This document shows positions 49,812 to 60,627 of a stretch of 64,000 nt of DNA, one piece after another. The notes beneath the pieces are model-generated. The model saw nothing but the letters and a program-made list of their open reading frames with translations. It ran no database searches and was not told the DNA's origin. The translations under genes were made by a program, and so were the position numbers. The stretch is taken from the sequence record NC_012638.1. One strand, written 5' to 3'. The first letter of the stretch is position 1. Every line of letters begins with the position of its first letter. The DNA comes from Escherichia phage RB14.

Positions 49812-50289
49812 AGAAGTTTCTATTCCTAAAATGGGTCTTAAACATTATAACATTTTAAAAGATGTTAAAGGCCCTGATGAAAATTTAAAACTTCTTATTG
49901 ATTCTATTTGTCCGAATTTGTCACCGGCAGAAGTTGATTTCGTTTCTATTCATTTATTGGAATTTAATGGAAAGATTAAATCTCGTAAAGAAATAGATGG
50001 CTATACTTATGACATTAATGATGTTTATGTATGCCAAAGATTAGAATTTCAATACCAAGGAAATACATTTTATTTTAGACCTCCTGGAAAATTTGAACAA
50101 TTTTTAACGGTGAGCGATATGTTATCTAAATGCTTGCTTAAGGTCAACGATGAAGTTAAAGAAATTAATTTTCTTGAGATGCCAGCATTCGTTTTAAAAT
50201 GGGCAAATGATATTTTTACAACTTTAGCAATTCCTGGCCCTAATGGTCCAATAACTGGAATTGGCAATATTATTGGATTATTTGAATGA
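49756..50289 (+). CDS. 28: baseplate hub distal subunit gp28
   Basis: 177 aa; overlaps end of gene 27 in a different frame. Confidence 0.85.
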   Translation: MNLNLILPLKKVVLPISNKEVSIPKMGLKHYNILKDVKGPDENLKLLIDSICPNLSPAEVDFVSIHLLEFNGKIKSRKEIDGYTYDINDVYVCQRLEFQYQGNTFYFRPPGKFEQFLTVSDMLSKCLLKVNDEVKEINFLEMPAFVLKWANDIFTTLAIPGPNGPITGIGNIIGLFE

Positions 50290-52058
50290 AAAAGCCACAA
50301 GAAATGCAAACGATGCGTAGAAAAGTTATTTCAGATAATAAACCAACACAGGAAGCGGCTAAATCCGCTTCTAATACTTTATCTGGACTTAACGATATAT
50401 CTACGAAATTGGATGATGCTCAAGCTGCTTCTGAATTAATTGCTCAAACTGTCGAAGAAAAATCGAATGAAATAATTGGAGCAATTGACAATGTAGAAAG
50501 CGCAGTGAGTGATACTACTGCTGGTTCTGAGTTAATTGCTGAAACTGTCGAAATTGGCAATAATATTAATAAAGAAATCGGTGAATCGCTCGGAAGCAAA
50601 TTAGATAAATTAACAAGTTTACTAGAGCAAAAAATCCAGACAGCTGGAATTCAACAGACTGGAACTAGTTTAGCCACTGTTGAAAGCGCTATTCCTGTTA
50701 AAGTCGTTGAGGATGATACTGCTGAATCTGTGGGTCCTTTATTACCAGCTCCTGAAGCAGTTAATAATGATCCTGACGCTGATTTTTTCCCTACCCCTCA
50801 GCCAGTTGAACCCAAACAAGAATCACCAGAAGAAAAACAGAAAAAAGAAGCATTTAACTTAAAATTATCTCAAGCTTTAGATAAATTAACGAAGACTGTT
50901 GATTTTGGATTTAAAAAATCCATTTCAATTACTGATAAAATATCAAGCATGCTATTTAAGTACACCGTCAGTGCTGCTATTGAAGCTGCTAAAATGACTG
51001 CAATGATATTGGCTGTTGTTGTTGGAATAGACCTTTTGATGGTTCACTTTAAATACTGGTCAGATAAATTTTCAAAAGCCTGGGATTTATTTAATACTGA
51101 CTTTACTAAATTCTCTAGCGAAACCGGAACATGGGGTCCTTTATTACAGAGCATCTTTGATTCTATTGATAAAATTAAACAACTTTGGGAAGCGGGAGAT
51201 TGGGGCGGATTGACAGCAGCTATCGTAGAAGGACTCGGAAGTGTTCTTTTTAATTTAGGAGAGCTTATTCAATTAGGTATGGCTAAATTATCTGCTGCAA
51301 TTCTTCGAGTCATTCCTGGTATGAAGGATACCGCTGATGAAGTAGAAGGAAGAGCATTGGAAAATTTCCAAAATTCTACTGGAGCATCTCTCAATAAAGA
51401 AGACCAAGAAAAAGTTGCAAATTATCAAGATAAACGAATGAACGGAGACCTTGGTCCGATAGCAAAAGGATTAGATAAAATTGCTAATTGGAAAACTCGT
51501 GCATCTAATTGGATTCGTGGGGTTGATAATAAAGAAGCACTAACTACCGACGAAGAACGCGCAGCAGAAGAAGAAAAATTAAAGCAACTTTCACCTGAAG
51601 AAAGAAAAAATGCTTTAATGAAGGCTAATGAAGCCCGTGCCGCAATGATTCGCTTTGAAAAATATGCTGATTCAGCTGATATGAGTAAAGACTCAACGGT
51701 TAAATCAGTTGAAGCTGCCTATGAAGACCTTAAAAAACGGATGGATGACCCGGATTTAAATAATTCACCGGCAGTTAAAAAAGAACTTGCTGCTAGATTT
51801 TCTAAAATTGATGCTACTTATCAAGAGCTCAAGAAAAATCAGCCTAATGCCAAACCTGAAACTTCTGCTAAATCGCCAGAAGCAAAACAAGTCCAGGTTA
51901 TTGAAAAGAACAAAGCACAGCAAGCTCCTGTTCAACAAGCATCTCCTTCAATCAATAATACTAATAATGTTATTAAGAAAAATACTGTCGTTCATAATAT
52001 GACACCTGTCACAAGCACAACTGCTCCTGGTGTATTTGGCGCGACTGGAGTTAATTAA
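50286..52058 (+). CDS. 29: baseplate hub / tail length determinator gp29
   Basis: 590 aa; synteny and length. Confidence 0.9.
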   Translation: MKKPQEMQTMRRKVISDNKPTQEAAKSASNTLSGLNDISTKLDDAQAASELIAQTVEEKSNEIIGAIDNVESAVSDTTAGSELIAETVEIGNNINKEIGESLGSKLDKLTSLLEQKIQTAGIQQTGTSLATVESAIPVKVVEDDTAESVGPLLPAPEAVNNDPDADFFPTPQPVEPKQESPEEKQKKEAFNLKLSQALDKLTKTVDFGFKKSISITDKISSMLFKYTVSAAIEAAKMTAMILAVVVGIDLLMVHFKYWSDKFSKAWDLFNTDFTKFSSETGTWGPLLQSIFDSIDKIKQLWEAGDWGGLTAAIVEGLGSVLFNLGELIQLGMAKLSAAILRVIPGMKDTADEVEGRALENFQNSTGASLNKEDQEKVANYQDKRMNGDLGPIAKGLDKIANWKTRASNWIRGVDNKEALTTDEERAAEEEKLKQLSPEERKNALMKANEARAAMIRFEKYADSADMSKDSTVKSVEAAYEDLKKRMDDPDLNNSPAVKKELAARFSKIDATYQELKKNQPNAKPETSAKSPEAKQVQVIEKNKAQQAPVQQASPSINNTNNVIKKNTVVHNMTPVTSTTAPGVFGATGVN

Positions 52059-52066
52059 GGAATAAT

Positions 52067-53161
52067 ATGGCAATTGTTAAAGAAATAACTGCTGATTTAA
52101 TTAAAAAGTCCGGTGAGAAAATTTCAGCCGGACAGAGTACTAAATCAGAAGTAGGAACTAAAACATACACTGCCCAGTTTCCAACTGGGCGTGCTAGTGG
52201 TAATGACACTACAGGGGACTTCCAGGTAACAGATCTATATAAGAATGGATTATTATTTACTGCATACAATATGTCATCTAGGGATTCTGGAAGTCTTAGA
52301 TCGATGAGATCTAACTACTCTTCTTCATCTTCGAGTATTTTACGTACAGCTAGAAACACTATTAGTAGTACAGTATCAAAACTATCAAATGGATTAATAT
52401 CAAATAATAATTCAGGAACAATAAGTAAAGCTCCTATCGCAAACATTCTTTTACCGAGATCTAAATCTGATGTTGATACATCATCACATAGATTTAATGA
52501 TGTTCAAGAAAGCCTTATCAGTAGAGGCGGAGGTACTGCTACTGGTGTGCTAAGTAATATTGCTTCAACCGCAGTATTTGGGGCGCTGGAAAGTATAACA
52601 CAAGGTATAATGGCTGATAATAATGAACAGATTTATACGACAGCCAGAAGTATGTATGGTGGTGCTGAAAATAGAACTAAAGTGTTTACATGGGATTTGA
52701 CTCCACGTTCAACAGAAGATTTAATGGCTATTATTAATATCTATCAATATTTTAACTATTTTTCTTATGGTGAAACGGGTAAATCTCAATATGCTGCTGA
52801 AATAAAGGGGTATTTAGATGATTGGTATCGTTCTACGTTAATTGAACCTTTATCTCCGGAAGACGCAGCTAAAAATAAAACACTATTTGAGAAAATGACA
52901 TCGAGTTTAACTAACGTTCTAGTAGTTTCAAACCCGACAGTTTGGATGGTGAAAAACTTTGGTGCAACATCTAAGTTTGATGGAAAAACGGAAATATTTG
53001 GTCCATGCCAAATACAGAGCATTAGATTTGATAAAACACCTAATGGTAACTTTAACGGATTAGCTATTGCTCCAAACCTCCCTAGTACATTTACTCTCGA
53101 GATTACTATGAGAGAAATTATCACGTTAAACCGTGCTTCTTTATATGCGGGGACTTTTTAA
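52067..53161 (+). CDS. 48: baseplate tail tube cap gp48
   Basis: 364 aa; synteny and length. Confidence 0.9.
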   Translation: MAIVKEITADLIKKSGEKISAGQSTKSEVGTKTYTAQFPTGRASGNDTTGDFQVTDLYKNGLLFTAYNMSSRDSGSLRSMRSNYSSSSSSILRTARNTISSTVSKLSNGLISNNNSGTISKAPIANILLPRSKSDVDTSSHRFNDVQESLISRGGGTATGVLSNIASTAVFGALESITQGIMADNNEQIYTTARSMYGGAENRTKVFTWDLTPRSTEDLMAIINIYQYFNYFSYGETGKSQYAAEIKGYLDDWYRSTLIEPLSPEDAAKNKTLFEKMTSSLTNVLVVSNPTVWMVKNFGATSKFDGKTEIFGPCQIQSIRFDKTPNGNFNGLAIAPNLPSTFTLEITMREIITLNRASLYAGTF

Positions 53162-54126
53162 TGTATTCTTTAGAGGAATTTAATAATCAAGCAATAAACG
53201 CAGATTTCCAACGTAATAATATGTTTAGCTGCGTTTTTGCAACAACTCCATCAACTAAAAGCTCTTCGTTGATAAGTTCAATTAGCAACTTTTCTTATAA
53301 TAACTTGGGCCTAAATTCAGATTGGCTAGGATTAACTCAAGGTGATATTAATCAGGGAATTACCACGCTAATTACAGCTGGCACACAAAAACTGATAAGA
53401 AAATCAGGGGTTAGTAAATATCTTATTGGTGCCATGAGTCAACGTACAGTTCAAAGTTTATTAGGCTCATTTACAGTTGGTACATATTTAATTGACTTCT
53501 TTAACATGGCATATAACTCATCTGGATTGATGATATATTCTGTAAAAATGCCAGAGAATAGATTATCCTATGAAACTGACTGGAACTATAATTCTCCTAA
53601 TATTCGTATAACTGGAAGAGAATTAGACCCTTTGGTTATTTCATTTAGAATGGATTCAGAAGCATGTAACTATCGTGCAATGCAAGACTGGGTTAACGCT
53701 GTTCAAGACCCAGTAACTGGATTACGTGCTTTGCCACAAGATGTCGAGGCAGATATTCAGGTTAATCTTCATTCTCGTAATGGATTGCCTCATACTGCGG
53801 TGATGTTCACTGGATGCATTCCAATATCAGTGAGCGCTCCTGAGTTATCATATGATGGAGATAACCAAATAACTACATTTGACGTTACTTTTGCGTATAG
53901 AGTGATGCAGGCTGGAGCAGTTGATAGGCAAGCTGCGCTTGAATGGCTTGAATCTGCTGCTATAAATGGTATTCAAAGCGTTCTCGGAAATAGTGGAGGT
54001 GTTACTGGACTACCTAATTCGCTTTCACGACTTAGTAGATTAGGAGGAACTGCAGGAAGCATTTCAAACATTAATACTATGACAGGGATTGTCAATTCGC
54101 AGAGTAAAATATTAGGAGCAATATAA
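53161..54126 (+). CDS. 54: baseplate tail tube initiator gp54
   Basis: 321 aa; synteny and length. Confidence 0.9.
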   Translation: MYSLEEFNNQAINADFQRNNMFSCVFATTPSTKSSSLISSISNFSYNNLGLNSDWLGLTQGDINQGITTLITAGTQKLIRKSGVSKYLIGAMSQRTVQSLLGSFTVGTYLIDFFNMAYNSSGLMIYSVKMPENRLSYETDWNYNSPNIRITGRELDPLVISFRMDSEACNYRAMQDWVNAVQDPVTGLRALPQDVEADIQVNLHSRNGLPHTAVMFTGCIPISVSAPELSYDGDNQITTFDVTFAYRVMQAGAVDRQAALEWLESAAINGIQSVLGNSGGVTGLPNSLSRLSRLGGTAGSISNINTMTGIVNSQSKILGAI

Positions 54127-54130
54127 CAAT

Positions 54131-54156
54131 GGGGACCTTTCGGTCCCCATATTTTT
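54131..54156 (+). terminator. rho-independent terminator after gene 54
   Basis: GGGGACC-TTTC-GGTCCCC hairpin followed by ATATTTTTATTT. Confidence 0.7.
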
Positions 54157-54445
54157 ATTTACGGAATGAAATAAAAGCAGCAACTGAAGCAACTAAACTG
54201 TCTTCAATATAAACTTCAATTTTTACCGGAGCTTCTGACTCAAATTTACCTGTTACTACACCTTGAAAAATACTTTCAGTCTGTTCTGGCTTTGAAAAAT
54301 TTTCAGAAGGAAAAATTCCGAACTTTTTATCTGTTCCAAAAATTTTGATAAATTCATCGTAAACTGCTTCATTAAAAGCATTATCAGCAGGAATAACGCC
54401 TTCAACGACGAGTTCTTGACCTAAAAAGCGCAAAGAAGATTTCAT
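54155..54445 (-). CDS. hypothetical protein downstream of alt
   Basis: 96 aa ORF with ATG. Confidence 0.6.
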   Translation of the reverse strand: MKSSLRFLGQELVVEGVIPADNAFNEAVYDEFIKIFGTDKKFGIFPSENFSKPEQTESIFQGVVTGKFESEAPVKIEVYIEDSLVASVAAFISFRK

Positions 54446-54505
54446 TTTGTGTTCCTCATGTTATGTCAGTAAGACTACTATAACACAACATGAGGGACTT
54501 GTAAA

Positions 54506-56563
54506 CTACATTTTGAACTTTTTAGACATTCCGTTGATGTTAACCAAAGAAGCTAAGATTTGAGAAACTTCGTTTTCCTCTTCTTTTGATTCTTCTACAA
54601 GGAATTGATTAAATCCAGCCATTGGACGAACTTCACCAGTTTCCATTAGATGGTCGCCATCATATACTGATTCTTCTAATTGTTCAGAAGGAGGAACGAT
54701 TGTACCTTCGATTAGATACTTGTTATAAGCAGTTTCTTTCATAAAGTAAGTACTTACTTTATTAATCTTCAGTAAAATTCCACGTGGTAGAATAACTTCA
54801 GCTTCTGATGGAAATCCTGATAAATGACCCGGAACGATAACTTTAACTCGTTCAGCTCCTTTAATTACCATACCCACGCTAGTTTCAGCATCTTCATTAG
54901 CATATGTAGAATGACTACCCATATGCATCAAATCTTCTGCATCAACAGAACCTTCTCCTTCGCCAGAAAATACTGCACCGGAATCATCTAGAGCCATATA
55001 GTTTTTACCATGCTCACCGAAGATATTTGGTTTAAGTGATGTCGATACGAAGTTCTTGAAATAGAACATTTTATTTTCAATGTTATGACGCAAAGTTTTA
55101 AAAGTAACTTCTTGTCCACGGTAAAGTGTAGTTCCTGGAGGAAGAACTGAACCTTTAGCAAACGCAGAATCCATAGTCTCGATGTGCTTAATAGCGCGCT
55201 CCATGTATTCTTCACGTGTAGAATCAGGTTTACCTAAAAGGAATGAGTTCATTTCAACATACGAATCTGCGCAATAATCTTCAATTACATCAGACTCAGC
55301 CTGAGTCAATCCTTTTGGAGTTACTTCAGTGCTTGCATATTCATACGCCTGAGCAGCGGATTCATCAATTAATTTATAAATTCCATTCATTACAAATTGA
55401 ATAATAGCTGTCTTTTCATCTGGTGTAGCTTTAGAACCTTTAACTAAATCATTGATAATTTTCTTAATAACATCAAAACTATTAGAAATATTAATATCAG
55501 CAAGATCGCTTAAAATTTTATCAGTTTTGTAATTAAAGAAGTCTTTATTCTTTAAATATTCCTGGGAACCTTGATATGATGTATCGCTCTGCAACTTGAT
55601 AGATGGATCGCGTAAACGTGCATGGGCTAATGCAATATGATTTCGGAAACTTTCTAGTTCATAATCGTTAGATTTAAAACGAGAAGCACTTCTCATACCG
55701 CCGATAGCTCCTTTGCCGAAGTTTGAACCAATCTGAATAACGCCAGAGTTCATTGGTCCTTCTGCTTTATATACCGGAACTTTAGATTCAAACTCTTGAT
55801 ATTTCTTAGCAGCGAAGCTATCACCCTGAAGTGAAGCATCAACAGTAGAATATTGAGCTTGTGCTGCTAATCGACGACTAATTTTAGTTTTCTGAATAAC
55901 AGCTTGATCCGTACGCTTATCATTTTCTAAAGCAATAGAAGCAGCAACTGCGACAGCTTTAGGAACAGCATTACCTGTTTTAACGTCTACATAAACATCA
56001 CCAACCTTTGATTCAACTTTTGTGAATAACTCAGTTGAAATAGGAGGTACACCTGGAATGTCTTCTAAATTGGCATTTTTACGGTAAACCATAATATATG
56101 CATATTTCTTATCATAGTCCCAGATTTCCTTTAAAAGAACATATCGACCTGCTCCTTTAGTACGTACTAAACGGTCAGCAATAACTTGCATTTGACGAGC
56201 AGCGCCATTTGTTTTACTTTTTAGTACGCGGAATAGGCATGCATCAATTTTATACTGTTTCATTGTTTGAAGAGCAGTATCAAAAACCGCATTAATGACA
56301 CCAATTGGATTTCCACCCAAGTTTTTAAGCTTAACTAACGATAATTTCTCATTAACACCTATCATTACGATATGCATCATTTTGTCGCCTGGCTTAACGT
56401 TTTTATTCGTATCACCGCCAGAGGTGTATGTACAAAATCGAAATCCAGGAAGAACGCTTTCTTCACCGGCTTGAATAGCAAAAATTTGAGGTATTTTATG
56501 CTTAGGATTTAAGTTAACAACCGGCGCCGAAGCGCCGTCAAATAATTCTGTAATAAGTTCCAT
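54506..56563 (-). CDS. alt: Alt-family ADP-ribosyltransferase, paralog A
   Basis: 685 aa; N-terminus MELITELFD...; C-terminal ART triad in order: Arg (TLYRGQ), STS (FVSTSL), E-x-E (SEAEVILPRG). Confidence 0.8.
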   Translation of the reverse strand: MELITELFDGASAPVVNLNPKHKIPQIFAIQAGEESVLPGFRFCTYTSGGDTNKNVKPGDKMMHIVMIGVNEKLSLVKLKNLGGNPIGVINAVFDTALQTMKQYKIDACLFRVLKSKTNGAARQMQVIADRLVRTKGAGRYVLLKEIWDYDKKYAYIMVYRKNANLEDIPGVPPISTELFTKVESKVGDVYVDVKTGNAVPKAVAVAASIALENDKRTDQAVIQKTKISRRLAAQAQYSTVDASLQGDSFAAKKYQEFESKVPVYKAEGPMNSGVIQIGSNFGKGAIGGMRSASRFKSNDYELESFRNHIALAHARLRDPSIKLQSDTSYQGSQEYLKNKDFFNYKTDKILSDLADINISNSFDVIKKIINDLVKGSKATPDEKTAIIQFVMNGIYKLIDESAAQAYEYASTEVTPKGLTQAESDVIEDYCADSYVEMNSFLLGKPDSTREEYMERAIKHIETMDSAFAKGSVLPPGTTLYRGQEVTFKTLRHNIENKMFYFKNFVSTSLKPNIFGEHGKNYMALDDSGAVFSGEGEGSVDAEDLMHMGSHSTYANEDAETSVGMVIKGAERVKVIVPGHLSGFPSEAEVILPRGILLKINKVSTYFMKETAYNKYLIEGTIVPPSEQLEESVYDGDHLMETGEVRPMAGFNQFLVEESKEEENEVSQILASLVNINGMSKKFKM

Positions 56564-56566
56564 GAT

Positions 56567-58663
56567 TTATCCTTGAACGAACTTGTAAGGCATGTTTGTA
56601 ATATCTATGCAAGACGCAATAATTCCAAGAGATGATTCTACTTTCTGTTTAACGTTTGATGAAACAAATGATGCAAAGTCAACTCTGTCTTCTATTTCAG
56701 TATCACCTGTCATTGCAACTACTTCACCGGTTTCCATTAAATGGTCTCCGTCATAGATTACCGATTCGGTGAGCTCTTCCGTGGTCATAACTTCAGCTTG
56801 AATGAGTTTTGTATTATTAGATGTTGTTCCGTCATTATTAGAAGCATCAGTTATTTTATTAACTTTGACCATCAATCCACGCGGTAGAATAACTTCAGCT
56901 TCTGTTGCTATTCCGAGACTTCCTGGATATACAACATTAACTTTATGAGCTCCATCAATTGCCCATCCTATTTGAACTTTAACGTATTCAGGATTTTCTT
57001 TATACGCTCTTATTTCGTTTGGATTAATAGTTATTCCTTCTTCATTTTTATCAACTGTTAATTCATTGCGAGCTTCTGGTTCTAAAAGACCAATACCAGC
57101 ATGTGTGATTCCAAAACGTCCAAAAATGATAGGAGTTAAAGAAGTAGATACAAAATTTCTGAAGTAGAACACTTTATTTTTAACTAACGCTTCATATATA
57201 GGAGCAGTCATACTTTGAGCACGATAAACTGTAATGCCTTCTGGTATACGGTCACCATTTTCAAAAGCTGAATCTAAGTTATTTATAGCAGATTCAATTT
57301 CTTTTTCACTCATTACATCATATCGTTCTGGATTGTAACGACCTAAAAGAAGATTATTGATGTCAGTATATCCTGAACCGCAATATTCTCTAATGCCACG
57401 CTTTTGTGATGGAGTATATTTAGAACCATCGCGGGCAATAGTAATATCAATCATTGGACCAGCACCAATTCCAGAAAAACTGTAAATCATTCGTTTGAGG
57501 AATTTAGTTTTTGCTGCGTTCCAGGAATTTTTAGTTATTTCTTCCCAGACTTCATCTGGTTGTCCTTTACGATTTTTATTATGATTAGCAAGCCATTTAT
57601 CTTTATAATCTTCAAAGAATTGATTTACAGCTGCTGCGTATTTCTCTAAACATTTTATTGAAGTAGTTGGTTCATTTTTAATTGCATTAAAAATTACTTC
57701 TTTAATTTTTTCTGAAACTTCACCGACTTGACTCATTGGAAAGAATTTATAATCATAGTGAAGTTCATCTGCCGTTCCTTCAGCAATAATTTTTGCTGCC
57801 TTTGTTTTAGAAGCTAATGAATTAATTCCAATTTTCATTTCTTCTGCTTCGGGAATTAAAGGTGCAGTAGCTGGTTTATTAAAATTAGCTGCTGTAGATT
57901 CATACTTCTGGAATAATTCACTTTCAAATCTAGAAGATTCCAATGACTGACTTTGTGCAATTGCTCTACGGGAAATTTTAACTTTAACGATTACGGCTTG
58001 GTCAGAACGTTTATCATTTTCTTGTGCAATAGATGCAGCAATTGCCTCATTTTTGGTTACTTGAGCTCCAGTATCTTTATTGATATAAACATCACCGACC
58101 TTCGATTCAACTTTAGTAAAGAGCTCGGTGCTAATTTCTGGAACTCCTGGAATGTCTTCTAGTGATACATTTTTACGATGTATAAGAATATATGCATACT
58201 TTTTATCGTAATCCCAGAGTTCCTTAAGAAGGACGTATCTGCCACCTGAACGACTGCGGATGAGTCTATCAGCAATAAGTTGAATTTGTCGAGCTTGACC
58301 GGCGGTTTTAGACTTAAGAATACGAAGCATGCAGGCATCAATTTTATATTGACGCATTGTTTGCATTGCAACAGTAAAAACTGAATTGATATAATTAATC
58401 GGGCTTGGACCAAGACCTTTTAATTTAGCAATTGAACCTTTAGCAGTTAATGTAAAAGGAACAATATGCATCATTTTATCGCCCATCTTTAAATCACGAT
58501 TAGTATCACCTCCAGATGTATAGGTACATAAACGAAAGCCTGGTTGTTCAATTGCATCATCAACATGAACTGAAAAAATTTGTGGTATTTTCTTCTTTGG
58601 ATTTAAGTTTGTAATCGGAAGAGTAGTATCTTCGTCAAATAATTCTGTAATGAGTTCCATCAT
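56567..58663 (-). CDS. Alt-family ADP-ribosyltransferase, paralog B
   Basis: 698 aa; N-terminal about 190 aa closely similar to paralog A; C-terminal YRAQ / FVSTSL / TEAEVILPRG; central region diverged. Confidence 0.8.
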   Translation of the reverse strand: MMELITELFDEDTTLPITNLNPKKKIPQIFSVHVDDAIEQPGFRLCTYTSGGDTNRDLKMGDKMMHIVPFTLTAKGSIAKLKGLGPSPINYINSVFTVAMQTMRQYKIDACMLRILKSKTAGQARQIQLIADRLIRSRSGGRYVLLKELWDYDKKYAYILIHRKNVSLEDIPGVPEISTELFTKVESKVGDVYINKDTGAQVTKNEAIAASIAQENDKRSDQAVIVKVKISRRAIAQSQSLESSRFESELFQKYESTAANFNKPATAPLIPEAEEMKIGINSLASKTKAAKIIAEGTADELHYDYKFFPMSQVGEVSEKIKEVIFNAIKNEPTTSIKCLEKYAAAVNQFFEDYKDKWLANHNKNRKGQPDEVWEEITKNSWNAAKTKFLKRMIYSFSGIGAGPMIDITIARDGSKYTPSQKRGIREYCGSGYTDINNLLLGRYNPERYDVMSEKEIESAINNLDSAFENGDRIPEGITVYRAQSMTAPIYEALVKNKVFYFRNFVSTSLTPIIFGRFGITHAGIGLLEPEARNELTVDKNEEGITINPNEIRAYKENPEYVKVQIGWAIDGAHKVNVVYPGSLGIATEAEVILPRGLMVKVNKITDASNNDGTTSNNTKLIQAEVMTTEELTESVIYDGDHLMETGEVVAMTGDTEIEDRVDFASFVSSNVKQKVESSLGIIASCIDITNMPYKFVQG

Positions 58664-58683
58664 ATCCTCTCTAGTGTTTATTC

Positions 58684-58691
58684 TATTTATA
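58684..58691 (-). promoter_or_regulatory. late promoter TATAAATA upstream of alt pair
   Basis: Exact consensus on minus strand about 21 nt upstream of ATG 58663. Confidence 0.65.
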
Positions 58692-58696
58692 AAATT

Positions 58697-58714
58697 AAAG
58701 GCCCGAAGGCCTTT
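58697..58714 (-). terminator. stem-loop/terminator AAAGGCCCGAAGGCCTTT
   Basis: Palindromic hairpin overlapping stop of 58713..58901, U-rich on minus strand side. Confidence 0.55.
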
Positions 58715-58901
58715 AATAATCTATTGGTAATAGAGTACGATATATTTCAAACTTTGGACCTTTTTCATAAGCATCAAAAGTTTCTGTGAATTTATTATAA
58801 GCATATGCATCTATAAATTCAATCATGATTTGCGATACAGAAGTAGAAACATCTCCACCTTCTTTTTGAGCCACGACAATTGTTTCTAAGTAAGCTTTCA
58901 T
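58713..58901 (-). CDS. hypothetical small protein
   Basis: 62 aa ORF; ATGA overlap with ligase stop. Confidence 0.5.
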   Translation of the reverse strand: MKAYLETIVVAQKEGGDVSTSVSQIMIEFIDAYAYNKFTETFDAYEKGPKFEIYRTLLPIDY

Positions 58902-60361
58902 AAACCAGTTACCTCATGAAAATCGCCAAATACATCTTCGAACGTATTAGCTTTAGTTTTATCTTCACGTAAACGAATCGCAATTGGAAGAAATAATTTA
59001 ACGTAATCGGTGCGGCCATCAGATTTTAACCAACCGTTGCATTCGCACTCTAGAATTTTTCCAATATAATAATTTTGGTTTTCCATAATGCGAGTACGGT
59101 CAAGTTCATGCGATTTTATACCAGCTTTATCTTTTAAGCCTGAACCAGCATTTACTTTAATTTTTCCACACTCTGACTCAAGAATAAATCCACCCGCTTT
59201 AGTAGGGTCTTTACGGTGAGGATAAATTCCTACAATTTTTAAATCAACATCAATTACTTCTTTAAATTTATAAAGATTTTTTGAACGAGCATTTTCCCAT
59301 AATCCATCGATATTTTTGAGAATAATACCTTCAAGACCTTGGTCAATATACTTTTTGTAAATTACCTTAGCTTCATCTAGGTTATTTACTACTTGGTTTT
59401 CAATTAAAATTACTTTATCATAGCCTGATGTCATTTGTTCTAGTTTAGAAAAACGTACATCATATTTTAAACGAAACGCTGGAAGACCATATATTTCTAC
59501 TAATGGAACATAGTCCCAGACCTGAAACTTCATGCATTGTGCTTCTTTTTCAGAAATGGTTCCCTTTAAAGATTTATTAGCGATTCCATTAGAAGTAGTA
59601 CGTGATTCAGCTACTTCGGCGAATTCTTTAGCTTTACTAATTTCAGGATAAGCATCAAAAAGAAAATCTAGGCCTTCTGGTTCCTTTTCAACTTGCTCAT
59701 GGTATACCAATTCGCCATCAATTAACACACCTTCTGGATGAATCTGGCGAGCTTCTGCAGTCATTTTGATTAACTCTTCCTTGAGAAGATCTAATCCTAG
59801 ATATTCATTACCAGCTCGTGATAAAAGACGAACATCATCTAATTCATCACCTCTGACTTCAGCAAAGCACCGAGCTCCATCAGCTTTTAACTGCGCAAAA
59901 GCTGGAAACTTAATATTCTTACTAATGCCTTTTTCATCATAAGAACTTGCCAGCATTTGAGGTTGTTCAGGAATTAAACCTGGCCAAACTTTATTTGCAA
60001 TAGATACTGAAGCACCGCATTCAAGGTCTCGCATCATCACCCGACGCAAAACTTCAACATCATCTTTTTTACCGTCAGCAATATATCCAGTTAATTCCTC
60101 AATTGCCGCATTTCCGGTCAATTTCCGAGTAGCTAACGTGAATTCAATGAAGTCAAGCATATCGGTAAGAGTCAACATTCCAAAACTCTGGGTAGCAATA
60201 CCAGGTTTAGGCCATTTCTTGATATAATACTGTAACCCACGAGAATAAGTCAGACGATATACTCGTTTAAGCAATTCATTATCTTTATTCTTTTCAAGAA
60301 TTGCTTGCTTCTGCTTAGTTGAACCAATAGATGCTATTTCGTTCAGAATTTTAAGAATCAT
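58898..60361 (-). CDS. 30: ATP-dependent DNA ligase (gene 30)
   Basis: 487 aa; adenylation motif KADGAR; sequence recognisable as T4 DNA ligase. Confidence 0.93.
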   Translation of the reverse strand: MILKILNEIASIGSTKQKQAILEKNKDNELLKRVYRLTYSRGLQYYIKKWPKPGIATQSFGMLTLTDMLDFIEFTLATRKLTGNAAIEELTGYIADGKKDDVEVLRRVMMRDLECGASVSIANKVWPGLIPEQPQMLASSYDEKGISKNIKFPAFAQLKADGARCFAEVRGDELDDVRLLSRAGNEYLGLDLLKEELIKMTAEARQIHPEGVLIDGELVYHEQVEKEPEGLDFLFDAYPEISKAKEFAEVAESRTTSNGIANKSLKGTISEKEAQCMKFQVWDYVPLVEIYGLPAFRLKYDVRFSKLEQMTSGYDKVILIENQVVNNLDEAKVIYKKYIDQGLEGIILKNIDGLWENARSKNLYKFKEVIDVDLKIVGIYPHRKDPTKAGGFILESECGKIKVNAGSGLKDKAGIKSHELDRTRIMENQNYYIGKILECECNGWLKSDGRTDYVKLFLPIAIRLREDKTKANTFEDVFGDFHEVTGL

Positions 60362-60627
60362 TGTTCATCCTTTAGAGTTTGGTTTACAGCTCTATTATAA
60401 ATCAATTCATCATTAAGCTCAGTCAAAGACCTGTGGTACGTGGTTCTAACTTTATTTCCTTGCATCCAGTGCTTGACGTAAATGAAACCTTGCTCTACGC
60501 ATTTTTTAAAAATTCGTTCGTCTTTTTGAGCTCGGAACTCTGGATTGCATCTAAAAAATTGATTTACGTGACCGTAATCACGTGTAGTATTACCTTCATT
60601 TTCATAAATAGTGTGAACGACAAACAT
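60358..60627 (-). CDS. hypothetical protein
   Basis: 89 aa ORF; ATGA overlap with ligase start. Confidence 0.6.
   Translation of the reverse strand: MFVVHTIYENEGNTTRDYGHVNQFFRCNPEFRAQKDERIFKKCVEQGFIYVKHWMQGNKVRTTYHRSLTELNDELIYNRAVNQTLKDEQ

Noticed and set aside
54506-58663. Two about 690-aa paralogs as a possible toxin-antitoxin or polymorphic toxin pair
   Set aside because: Both carry the complete ART catalytic motif set and a shared packaging-type N-terminus, consistent with Alt-like virion enzymes rather than a toxin/immunity pair.
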